Origin: Thermoanaerobaculia bacterium
GTDB taxonomy: Bacteria; Acidobacteriota; Thermoanaerobaculia; Multivoradales; Multivoraceae
DNA: 64,000 nucleotides
Assembly (NCBI GenBank): GCA_963664405.1
Contig: OY761158.1
Coordinates: 4,768,001-4,832,000, forward strand
Direction: 5' to 3'
Part shown: positions 41,035-50,800 of the stretch, one piece after another
Layout of the letters: every line of letters begins with the position of its first letter
Position numbering within the stretch: position 1 is the first letter of the stretch
Translations under genes and position numbers: made by a program
Notes under the pieces: generated by a model
Seen by the model: only the letters and a program-made list of their open reading frames with translations
The model's database searches: none
Told to the model about the DNA's origin: nothing

Positions 41035-42066
41035 TCAGAACCTCCCTTCGCGCACCTGGTCCTTCGCCCGCTCAGGACTCAGGTGAACGACCTTGCCAGG
41101 CGACACGCTCTCATTCTCGGGTAGCGGCACATCGCCCTTCTCCTTCCCCTTCTCGACCACGCTTTTGAGCCCCCGAAGCCGCTTCGATCCTTCGATGGCT
41201 TCGCCTTCCGAGTAGTACTCAAACCAAGGGAGCCCGGCTTCGTTGTAGGTGTTGGAGGTCGGTGGCACAGTCGGCGGCGCGACACCCGTGATCGACTGCC
41301 ACACCATCGAGTTGGCGATGTGCGTAAAGCAGCGCCCGCCCGCTTCGGTATCCCAATCCTCGAGCTCGAAGGGATCGTCGTAGATCTCCTGACGCATGCG
41401 CCCGCCCGGGGCGAGTGCCATGCTCGGGGAAGCTTCCGGCGATAGGCAGTAGTCGTTCTCGACGCTGCCAAAGACGTTCATCCTGGCCCTTTCGCGGCTC
41501 ACCGGAAAACGCCGATCGAACACGTCTCGCTTCATCGGATAGGCGAGGATCTGAATGCCCCCGTATTCGGCCTCGTCGGTGAGTTGTTCCTCGGCCGAGT
41601 AGCCGGCCCCAAGAGGCATCGCCACGAATTGCCGGATCACGCCCTTCTCGACGCAGAAGCCGTCGAGCCAAGGTTGCTCGGGAGCCACCATGTAGTCCTG
41701 GGGTTTGCCGTGCAGCCGCTCCGACCAGCGCTCGCCGCTGACCGCGTCGATCTTGCCTGCCGCGATCTTGATAGCGAAAGGGTAGTTCCCCTGGCGCGAG
41801 ACGAAGGCCGTATCGAAATTGAGCCACATCGCCTCCGACTGGTACATCGGCAGCATGACGCCTCCGTGCTCGAGCCACTCTCCCGGCACGCTGTCACCGA
41901 AGTCGTCGACATGACGGATGGGGAAGCGCCCCAGACCTGGTGGCAGTGGGTAATCATCGCCGTCGTCGGGGATGCGCAGCGTGCGCTGAAAGTCGATCGA
42001 CAATCGAGCCTGCGGGTGGACCTCCGGGAACGTGAAAACGAGTGAGTCGCCCTTGAGTTGGATCAT
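41035..42066 (-). CDS. Conserved hypothetical protein (FQRTLRIPDD...QPWLDG...RQFVAMPLG family)
   Basis: GAGGA RBS; strongly conserved-looking motifs; co-oriented with the upstream HTH gene. Confidence 0.8.
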   Translation of the reverse strand: MIQLKGDSLVFTFPEVHPQARLSIDFQRTLRIPDDGDDYPLPPGLGRFPIRHVDDFGDSVPGEWLEHGGVMLPMYQSEAMWLNFDTAFVSRQGNYPFAIKIAAGKIDAVSGERWSERLHGKPQDYMVAPEQPWLDGFCVEKGVIRQFVAMPLGAGYSAEEQLTDEAEYGGIQILAYPMKRDVFDRRFPVSRERARMNVFGSVENDYCLSPEASPSMALAPGGRMRQEIYDDPFELEDWDTEAGGRCFTHIANSMVWQSITGVAPPTVPPTSNTYNEAGLPWFEYYSEGEAIEGSKRLRGLKSVVEKGKEKGDVPLPENESVSPGKVVHLSPERAKDQVREGRF

Positions 42067-42077
42067 CCTTTTCCTCC

Positions 42078-42431
42078 TTACCATTTGCCGTCGCGGACCT
42101 CGCGCACGATCCGCAGCACTGCGTGATCGGGCTGGTCCTTGAGCTCACGAATAAGCTGCCCGAAGAGTTGCGGCCGTCGACAGATCAGCTCCTGCAGATC
42201 GCTCGACACCTTGCCCGCCATCGCCAAGAGCACATCGGGATCTTCATCGAGCTCGCGAGCAAGTGCCACGATCTTCTTTTCAGAAGGCGGTGCCTCTTGG
42301 CCCCGCTCTACTTTGCTCAGGTACGAGGGCTCGACCTCGATCCGCGCCGCTACCTTTCGCAGTGAGAAAGATCGGTCTTCGTTTCGAAGTGCTTCTCGCC
42401 GTTCGCGTATGTAATTACCGAATCTCTTCAT
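42078..42431 (-). CDS. XRE-family HTH transcriptional regulator
   Basis: FGNYIRERR..SLRKVAARIEVEPSYLSKVERG. Confidence 0.9.
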   Translation of the reverse strand: MKRFGNYIRERREALRNEDRSFSLRKVAARIEVEPSYLSKVERGQEAPPSEKKIVALARELDEDPDVLLAMAGKVSSDLQELICRRPQLFGQLIRELKDQPDHAVLRIVREVRDGKW

Positions 42432-42436
42432 GAATG

Positions 42437-42452
42437 TGTAGTGTATACTACA
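42437..42452. promoter_or_regulatory. Palindromic operator TGTAGTGTATACTACA
   Basis: Near-perfect palindrome in an AT-rich tract just upstream of the XRE gene. Confidence 0.55.
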
Positions 42453-42562
42453 TACTATACACAATCAAGCCTATGCCGCTCTTCCAGATCACGATTCGGC
42501 AGCTCACGGGCGGTGCAGACAGGAGCTTGAAGGGATCGTTGGGGGAACGCGGAGCGACCCCC

Positions 42563-43228
42563 CTAGATCTCCCCGCTCAACGACCGGACATGCTGTACAA
42601 GCTCAGACTGAGAGCTGACTCCCAGCTTCGAAAACAGTGACCGCAGATGGCTCCTGACAGTGCTAGGTGAGATGTGTAGGTCATTCGCAATCGCCCCAAC
42701 CCGAGCACCCGCGAGAAGCTCCGAGAGCACGTCTTTCTCTCTCGGCGACAAGTCAGCAAGGCCAGGGTGGTTGAGTAAGTGCCGAGTAGCACCACCCGAC
42801 GAGCGGGCCAGTAGCTCGAGCTCGAGGGCGATGTAGTGCAGCCTCTCGGCGAGCTCGGCCGGCCCGGCGCCGAGCTGTCGGGCGCTCCAGATGCGCTCGA
42901 GTGTCACGTGCAGGCCCTCGACAAACTCCACCGAGCCGTCTTCGCGGAGCTCCCGGCGATTGAAGATGTCGAGGAGGGGCACCGTGGCGCCGTCTTTCCT
43001 GAGCCCCATCGTCATGATGAGCCTCTGGTTGCCCTCGTTGTAGCCGTCTATGTGCTCGCTGAGCAGGGGCACCAACTCGGCCGCCATGAATTCCGAGACG
43101 TGATGCCCCACCATCTCGTCTCTGCTGTAGTCGAGGATCGACAACTCGGCGTCGTTGACCTCCAGAACCACCCCGTCCCCGGTTCTGCGGTACCAGCCGA
43201 CGTTCAGAAGGTTCCAGTGATCATCCAT
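42563..43228 (-). CDS. PAS-domain LuxR-family transcriptional regulator
   Basis: VNDA..ILDYSRDEMVG, RKDG (PAS); LSPREKDVL..IANDLHISPSTVRSHLRSLFSKLGV (LuxR HTH). Confidence 0.9.
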   Translation of the reverse strand: MDDHWNLLNVGWYRRTGDGVVLEVNDAELSILDYSRDEMVGHHVSEFMAAELVPLLSEHIDGYNEGNQRLIMTMGLRKDGATVPLLDIFNRRELREDGSVEFVEGLHVTLERIWSARQLGAGPAELAERLHYIALELELLARSSGGATRHLLNHPGLADLSPREKDVLSELLAGARVGAIANDLHISPSTVRSHLRSLFSKLGVSSQSELVQHVRSLSGEI

Positions 43229-43339
43229 TTCAGACTAGGTATTTGGTTAGTTATCGACGTTTCGCCCCATTGCTATTTCGGGTAAGGTCCTTTACAGACA
43301 AGCACTTCAGCCCGCATCGAGGATAGCACTCGAGGCATG

Positions 43340-43520
43340 TCTCTAATGTGGTGGTGGGTGGCAGGGGAGGTTCTGGCGGCCCATGATTCCACCCGACGTA
43401 CCCCCTGCCATCGGGGCGCTACGGCTGCTCGACAAGACTGGCAAGTGCGGGGTTAAGGCCACTTGGACAGCACTCCCGCAAGGGGATTAGCCGCCTTGGA
43501 CGTGGAGCTCTGATTCTCTC
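43340..43520 (-). ncRNA. Structured non-coding segment; candidate orphan IS110-type left end/bridge RNA
   Basis: Two stem-loops with internal loops (e.g. TGGCAGGGG 43359-43367 pairs with CCCCTGCCA 43402-43410); resembles IS110 non-coding ends as recalled, unverified. Confidence 0.35.
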
Positions 43521-43763
43521 TGCTAACGTGGTCCGAATCCATCCAGCTTCAGGGCCTTGCAGCCTTCAAGGCAGGAGAGAATCGCCCAGTCTGAGGTCGG
43601 TGCAAAAGACATGAGCCTAGGTCGACACTGGGACCGAGCCGAGAATGCTCGGCGCGTGGCTACTGGATCCTGGGGCCAGAGGTCGACCTGACCCGGCATG
43701 GCCATCGAACGGCCCGCTTCCCACCTCCCAAGAGCACCTGTAACTGAAGAGTCTAGTAGAGCT

Positions 43764-46715
43764 ATGACCCACCCCATCCACCGGCGCTACTACGCGGAGG
43801 ACCTTGTCCGCCGCCGCCGCGCCGGTGAGGCCCGGCGGTATGCCTCGTCGCAGCGTCAAGGCCGGATCGATGCAAACCCCCACCAGATCGACGCTGTCAT
43901 GTTCGCGCTGGGTCGGATTCCTGACGGCGGGTGCATCCTTGCCGATGAGGTCGGTCTCGGAAAGACCATCGAAGCAGGGCTCGTGATGGCGCAGATGTTG
44001 TCGGAAGGGGCCGAGAGGATTCTCCTAGTGCTTCCTCGCGCCCTGCTCGGCCAGTGGCAGGATGAGCTCTACACGTTGTTTGGCATGACGGCGATCGAGG
44101 CCGACGCCAACGACGCAGACCTCAACGCACCGGGAGTTTTTCTCGCGGGACGCGAATGGGCAGGAACTGAGAGGGGCTCGAGCAAGCTCACCAGTGGGCC
44201 CCCATTTGACCTCGTGATCATCGATGAGGCCCACGAGGTTTTCGCGGGCATCTACCGGCGCTTCGATCGGCATGGGGCGTATCGAGCCGACAGCCCGTAT
44301 GCGATGACCGCCCACCGCGTCCAGCTCCTCATCGGGCCCTCCCCTGTGCTCCTTCTCACCGCGACCCCCATGCAGAACTCGCTCAACGAGCTGTGGGGCC
44401 TGGTGCAATACATCGACCGCACCAACACCCTGCTCGGGCACCAGCCCACCTTCAAGGCGCTCTTCTGCGAAGACCCAAGCGGCCGGCGCATCGTGCCGGA
44501 GCAGTCTCTCGAGCTTCAACGCCGGCTCGGCTCCGTGGTGCAGCGAACCCTCCGCCGCCAGGCGCAGGAATTTCTCGACAAGCCCTTCGTCCATCGACAG
44601 ACCAAGCTCTTCGAGTACACCATGACCCCAGAAGAGCGTGCGCTCTACGACGACGTCACCGCCTACCTGCTCGAGCCGACTCTGTTCGCGTTCCGCGGCC
44701 GCTCGCGGCAGCTCCTCCTCATCGGTTTCCATCGCCGCATGGCCTCGTCGACGGCGGCCCTCGCACAGAGCCTCGAACAAGTCGCCAAGCGTCTGCGTGG
44801 GATTCTCAAAGGAGTCGCGGAGGCCGATCTGCCCGACATCCGTTTCGAATTCCTTGCCGACCTCGAAGACGAGCTCGACGTCCCCGAGTCTGAGGACGTC
44901 GAAGTCGAGCCCCAGCCCGAAGGCGTGAGAGCCGAGCTGGCGCGTGTCGAGGACTTCGTGCGCCGAGCCCAGGACCTTCCCCACGACAGCAAGGCGGAAA
45001 GCCTCGTCCAGGCAGTCCGAGCACTCGGCGAACGCGAGGAAGGTAGCGACAAGGTGGTGATCTTCACCGAGTCCCTGGTAACGCAGCAGTTCCTCCGCAC
45101 TCTGCTGATCGACAAAGCTGGGCTCAGCGACGAGGACATCACTCTCTTCAGCGGCACCAACGAGACTCCTCGTGCTCGCGAAGCTCTCGAGCAATGGCAA
45201 GAGGATGTGGGCAAGAACCTCGCTCCTCATGCTAAGCCCAGCAAGAAGGTCGCGATTCGCCTGGCGCTCGTCCACGACTTCAAGACCCGCTCCCGCGTCC
45301 TCATCTCGACCGAAGCGGGCGCGAAGGGTCTCAACCTGCAGTTCTGCGACACTATCGTCAACTACGACCTGCCCTGGAACCCCCAGCGCATCGAGCAGCG
45401 CATCGGCCGCTGCCACCGCTACGGCCAGAAGCACGACGTCACCGTCATCAACTTCCTGGCATCGGACAACGAGGCCCAGCGCCTCACTTTCGACATCCTC
45501 AGCCAGAAACTAGAGCTCTTCGGAGCCGTCCTTGGCATGTCCGACGAAGTACTCCACCAGCCCGGAAGCGACGGCAACTCGCAGCTGGGAATGGCGCTCG
45601 GGCCCGACTTCGAAAGTCAGCTCAACAAGATCTGGGATCGCGCGCGCTCCGTCGAGGAGGTCGAAGAAGAGCTGCGCAAGCTGCGCGATTCGATGGACGA
45701 TCGGCGACGCGAGCTGGAAGAAGTTCACGAGCGGACCGTTGGTCTGATCGAGAGCCGGCTCGACGAATCGGTACACCAGGTTTTCCGCCGCATCCGCGAC
45801 GAGCTGCCGGCTACTCTCGCCGAGCTCGACAAGGAGCTCGAGCGGGTCGCGCTCAGCTACCTCGAAGCCGCCGATGCCCCTCACCAGGTTCGCGAAAGCG
45901 GCGAACGGCGCATCATCGAGCTCTGGCGAGATCCTCGGTTGCCCGAACCACTCGCTTCGGGCCTTACCATCGCTGTGGGCGGCTCCAGCGGCCTCGAGGA
46001 TCTCGAGCCTCTTCACACCAGCCACCCCTTGATCGAGGCGGCTCTCGCCGAGGCACGTGAAGCCGGGTCTGGCAACTTCCGGCTGCGCTTCGAGCTCGGC
46101 GAGAATTCCTCGGAGATCCTCCAGCAACGCCGTGGCTCGCGTGGCCGTCTCGCCCTGACCAAGGTGTCCTATGACGGCTTCGAGCGAGAGGATCGCCTCA
46201 TCGCGACGGCGATCTTCGAAGACTCTGACGTCCTCCGCCCGGCAGAAGCCGCCCATGAGTTCCTCCAGCTCCCCTGCACTGAGCTGCCGGCCTCGGTCCC
46301 CGAGTGGTCGCTCACCGCCGAGGAGCTCGACGAAGTCGTTGATGAAGAGGTCTTCCTCGACCAGTCGGCGGCGGCGCAGCGCGACCAGGCGAGCTTCGAG
46401 AAGTCGATCGACCAGCTCGACCAATACATGGAAGATCGCGCCCTCCTGCTACGGCGCAACCGCGCCGACCTCACCGGGCGCATCGAGACCGCTGAAGCCA
46501 AGCGTGACGGCGCGCTCGGCGCCGACGCGCGCAACGACGCAGAAGAGAAGCTCAAGAAGCTCGAGCTCGAGGCGGAGGAGATCGACGCGTCCCTCGATCG
46601 AGTCGCTACTCGCCAAGACCCCGACTACGAGAAATGGAAGAAACACGCCCACACCAGGCGCTATCGATCACCCGAGGCCGAGCGCCTTTTCAGCGTTGAG
46701 TTCGAGCTCGCGTGA
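43764..46715 (+). CDS. SNF2-family (RapA/DrmD-like) helicase
   Basis: HQIDA, LADEVGLGKT, IIDEAH, LLTATPMQN, TEAGAKGLNLQ, YDLPWNPQRIEQRIGRCHRYGQ; coiled-coil C-terminus. Confidence 0.93.
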   Translation: MTHPIHRRYYAEDLVRRRRAGEARRYASSQRQGRIDANPHQIDAVMFALGRIPDGGCILADEVGLGKTIEAGLVMAQMLSEGAERILLVLPRALLGQWQDELYTLFGMTAIEADANDADLNAPGVFLAGREWAGTERGSSKLTSGPPFDLVIIDEAHEVFAGIYRRFDRHGAYRADSPYAMTAHRVQLLIGPSPVLLLTATPMQNSLNELWGLVQYIDRTNTLLGHQPTFKALFCEDPSGRRIVPEQSLELQRRLGSVVQRTLRRQAQEFLDKPFVHRQTKLFEYTMTPEERALYDDVTAYLLEPTLFAFRGRSRQLLLIGFHRRMASSTAALAQSLEQVAKRLRGILKGVAEADLPDIRFEFLADLEDELDVPESEDVEVEPQPEGVRAELARVEDFVRRAQDLPHDSKAESLVQAVRALGEREEGSDKVVIFTESLVTQQFLRTLLIDKAGLSDEDITLFSGTNETPRAREALEQWQEDVGKNLAPHAKPSKKVAIRLALVHDFKTRSRVLISTEAGAKGLNLQFCDTIVNYDLPWNPQRIEQRIGRCHRYGQKHDVTVINFLASDNEAQRLTFDILSQKLELFGAVLGMSDEVLHQPGSDGNSQLGMALGPDFESQLNKIWDRARSVEEVEEELRKLRDSMDDRRRELEEVHERTVGLIESRLDESVHQVFRRIRDELPATLAELDKELERVALSYLEAADAPHQVRESGERRIIELWRDPRLPEPLASGLTIAVGGSSGLEDLEPLHTSHPLIEAALAEAREAGSGNFRLRFELGENSSEILQQRRGSRGRLALTKVSYDGFEREDRLIATAIFEDSDVLRPAEAAHEFLQLPCTELPASVPEWSLTAEELDEVVDEEVFLDQSAAAQRDQASFEKSIDQLDQYMEDRALLLRRNRADLTGRIETAEAKRDGALGADARNDAEEKLKKLELEAEEIDASLDRVATRQDPDYEKWKKHAHTRRYRSPEAERLFSVEFELA

Positions 46716-47869
46716 CCAACCAGGAGACAGAAGACGTGGCTCTCAAGCTTCTCCACACCGCCGACTGGCACCTCGGTCGCCGCTTCCCCATGTTCAACGA
46801 AGACCAAGAGCGGGGGCTGACGCGCGCTCGCCGCGACGTCGTCGGGCGGATTCTCGATCTCGCTGAGAGTCGCGGCGTCGATGCTGTCCTCTGCGCCGGG
46901 GATCTCTTCGACGAGCCTGCACCCGCCGAGGAGTGGTGGAGCGCCGTGCTCGACGAGCTCCGCTCACGCAGTGACTGGACCAGGCCCGCCTTCCTTCTGC
47001 CAGGCAACCACGACCCGCTCCTCCCCAACTCCGTCTATCAGACCGGGCATCCCTTCCGCGAAAGCCTGCCAAGCTACGTGCACGTCATCGATCGAGAGGA
47101 CTACGAATTCCAGATCTCGGACCAAGCCGTTCTCTACTCCACCCCCTGCCGCTCTCATGCGGGCCAGCTAGACCCGACAGCGCGCATTCCCATGCGCGAA
47201 CCCGGCGACGAACGCATCCGCATTGGCTTGGTACACGGCCAAACCTTTGACATGGAAGGGCACCAGACCAACTTCCCCATCGATCCGCAAGCCGCGAAGG
47301 AGCGAGGCCTCGACTATCTCGCCCTCGGCGACACCCACGCCTTCCGCGAGCTCCAGAACGCGGGAGAGCCTCCTGTCGTCTACCCAGGGGCTCCGGAACA
47401 GGCAAAGTTTGGTGAAACGGACACTGGCCACGTAGCAGTTGTCTTCTTCCCACTCGATCGGGGCCGCTTCGCATTAGTCGAGAAGCAGGCCGTTGGCGCC
47501 TGGCAGTGGCGTGAGCAAACTTGCTCATCCATTGAGGAGCTCCGCTCCCTGCGTAACGACGACACTCTCAGAAAGTGTGTTCTGCGACTCCAGGTCAACA
47601 TGACCGCTCCGCTGAAGGAGTACGACGAGGCCGAGCGAATCCTAAGAGAGTTGGAGGGCTCCCTCTCGGCACATCCTCGGGTCGGTGTCCTCGAGGTCGA
47701 TCGGAAGAGTCTCCGACTCGAGAGCCCGAGCATCGACGACTTCCCCGAGCTCCCTCCGGTCCTCCAGTCCGTCGTTGAGCGTTTGAACGCTCGTGCCGGC
47801 CAAGAGCCCGAGAAAGCCGAGCGTGCTCTTCACTACCTATATGAGCTGGTGAAAGGGAGTAGCGCCTGA
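46712..47869 (+). CDS. Mre11/SbcD-like metallophosphoesterase nuclease
   Basis: LHTADWHLG, CAGDLFD, PGNHD, VHG, YLALGDTH, YPGAPE; GTGA overlap with the SNF2 stop. Confidence 0.93.
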   Translation: MTNQETEDVALKLLHTADWHLGRRFPMFNEDQERGLTRARRDVVGRILDLAESRGVDAVLCAGDLFDEPAPAEEWWSAVLDELRSRSDWTRPAFLLPGNHDPLLPNSVYQTGHPFRESLPSYVHVIDREDYEFQISDQAVLYSTPCRSHAGQLDPTARIPMREPGDERIRIGLVHGQTFDMEGHQTNFPIDPQAAKERGLDYLALGDTHAFRELQNAGEPPVVYPGAPEQAKFGETDTGHVAVVFFPLDRGRFALVEKQAVGAWQWREQTCSSIEELRSLRNDDTLRKCVLRLQVNMTAPLKEYDEAERILRELEGSLSAHPRVGVLEVDRKSLRLESPSIDDFPELPPVLQSVVERLNARAGQEPEKAERALHYLYELVKGSSA

Positions 47870-50800
47870 TGTGGCTTCGGAAGCTCCATGTGCGCTCTTT
47901 CGCCGGCATCAAGGAGGCAGAAGTCAACCTCGAACCAAACCTCAACGTTCTCTACGGGCCCAACGAGCTCGGCAAGTCGACTCTCCTGCAGGCGATCCGA
48001 GCGGCCCTGCTTCTGCCCCACAGCTCCGCCAGGCACCGACCCTTCATCGATTGGCATGACGACCGGCCGCCCAGAGTCACCCTTACTTTCGAGACGGAGG
48101 AGCAGCGCATCTGGAGGGTGCAAAAGAGCTTTGGAGCCGGCGCCGACGGCTCGAGCCTCCTCGAGTTCTCGCGCGACGGCCTGAGCTTTAGTCTCGACTG
48201 CAAAGGCCGCGAAGTCGATGGCAAGCTCCGCGAGTTGCTCAGTTGGGGCGCCGGCTCCCCCGGCGGCAGCAAGGCACGAGCCGCAGGCTGGCCCGACACC
48301 TTTCTCAGTACCGCTCTGCTTGGATCACAGGATGAAGTTTCTGCGATTCTCGACAAGGGGCTGGAAGGCGACCTCGACGAATCGGGCAAAGACCTCATCG
48401 CGCGCTCTCTCCAAGCAATCGCGGAAAGCCCCGTGTTCAGAAGCGTTCTCGAGAGAGCTCAGGAGAAAGTTGAGAGGGCCTACACGGCCACAGGGAAAAA
48501 GAGCAGAGCGAAGGGCTCGCCCTGGATGGGAAGCCAGGAGCGCATCAGGCTCCGCCAGGAGTCTCTGGAGAGTATTCAGCGCCTTGCCGACAACAGCAGC
48601 GCGGCGAAGCTCGAGATGGAGAAACTGCAAGAGCTGCTTCAACAAGCGGAGCTGGAGCAGAGCGAGGCTGCTGGCGGGCTCCAGGAGATAGAAACCGCTC
48701 ATTCACAACAGGAGGCTTGGGTCGCCGCGTCCCGACTCCTCGCCGCGGCGACCGAAGAACGCGATCGCATCCTCGGTCTTCACAAGGCAGTCGAGACGAC
48801 CCAGGCTGAGATCGATCAGGCAAAGAGCGAATTCTCCATCGCCGAGGAAACAAAGAAGGGTGCCGAAGCGGACCTCCTCGCCGCACAAACGGAACACCAG
48901 CAGGCTAGGCAAAGAATCCTCGATCTCGAGAGTGACGATGTTGAGCAGAAGCGCAAGATTCGCAGGCAAGAGATCGAAAAGAGCGTCCTCGAGCTGGAAG
49001 GTAGGCAGAAAGACGCCCAGCGCGAGGTGGAGCTCGCGAAAGACGCCCTAGCTAAGGAGCGCGAAGTCAGTGAGCTGGGAAGCCGCATCTCAAGCTTAGA
49101 GAAGCAACTGTCTGAAGCCCGATCCCTCGTTGAAACCGCGCGAACGGAAATCAAGAAGGAGAGGCAAGAGCTCAGCGAGATGACGCTCTACGAGAAGCTC
49201 CGCGCCTACCAATCGTCTAGCCAAGCCCTCACGAGCGCCAACAAGGCCAGAGACAACGCAGCAGAGCTCCGCACCCAAGCTGGGGCCATGAAAGACAAGG
49301 CTCGTACCTTCCGCAGCGAGGTGGCAGCCCTCGGTCTGCCAACCGATGACGCCCTCCGCGAGTTGGCAGCGTTAGAACGGGAGCTCGAAATCGCAGAGGC
49401 GAAGGTTCAGATCGAGCTCTCTCTTCTCATTCGCCCTCTTCGTGAAATCGAGATCAGTATCGACACCGGCGATCGCCCCACAGAAACCCGTAAGATCAGC
49501 AGCCCGGAGACGTTCGAAGCCCAAGGTGTTCTCCGTGCTCAGATCGGCGACGCGGCAGATATCGAAGTATCCGGCGGCAACGCCGATCAGCGCCAGGAGG
49601 CAGCCGACGCTAGACTACGATGGGAGAGGACCTCAGCACCCCTTTTCGAGAAGTTCGGAGTCTCGACCCGGGTAGATCTCGAGAGTAGCTGCCGCTCGGA
49701 GAGCGAGAAACTAGTCGAGGTCGAGCGGATCGAAGGAGAGGCCGCAAACCTGGAGGCAAGAGCCGAAGGGCTCGGGCATGCCGGAAGCCAACTGGAAGAG
49801 CTGGAGGCCAAGGCGGAGACCTCCAAGCGATCCTTGGAGCTCGCCCTTCCAGAGGGGATTGCTCTCGAAGAGCTCGAATCGCGCTTCGAGGGAGTCGAGC
49901 AGGGCGAGCTTGATCGACAAGAGCTGGAAGACCGAATCGCTACCAAGGAAGAGCAGGCGCAGATCCTAGAAACGAAGATAGCGGTGGACGAGGGACAGCT
50001 CGAATCCCAGAAGGAGGAGCTCGAAGCTCAGAAGCGTGAGAGCGCCGAAGCCCGCGACAAGTTACCCGACGATCCACAGAAGGTGTTCGAGCGAGCGACG
50101 TACTTACTCGGGGAGTACGAGAAAAACCTCCAGGCGGACTCCGCCGAGCTCGAGGTCCTCGATGGCTTCGCCGAGACTGAGACGGCCGAGGCACGCGTGG
50201 CGCAGGACTCTGCTTCCAAAGCCGTTGAGACTGCTAACGAATGTGCGCGATCGGCAGACAGCGCCAGAAATGCGGCCAAGCAACGGGTCGACAGCCTGGA
50301 AGGAGAGCTCCGCGCTCGTGAGGCAGCCGCGGAAGTGGAGGACATGACCGCCTCACTAGCACTCGTCGAGGATAGAGAGAAGGCGCTCGCCGACCTGCCA
50401 GAATCTACGTCCCAGGTCGACGAGGAACAGCTCACCTACGCCAGATCAGAGGTTGAGCTTGCAAAGAAGGAGCTCGACAGGTTGCGGCAAGAATTCAGCA
50501 AGCAAGAGGGCGCTCTCGAGCAGGTGGGGGGCCAGTACGTCGACGAGAAGACGTCGGAAGCCGAGGAAGCTCTCATCGCCGCCACGAGAGAAGAGCAGGA
50601 CGTCGAGCTCGAGTACGCCTCCTGGCAACTACTGCTCGAAACGCTCAAAGAGGCAGAAAGCGAAGACGCCGTCCATCTCGGTAACTCCCTTGTCGTCCCC
50701 ATCAGCGAGAACATGAAAGAGCTCACCCGCGGGCGCTACGACAAAGTCTCGCTCGGCCCCAAACTCTCCGGCACGTCGGTCTCGCTCGACGGCTCGGATC

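Noticed and set aside
44025-46424. Long minus-strand ORFs 44025-45434 and 45510-46424
   Set aside because: Antisense shadows of the SNF2 gene caused by codon bias
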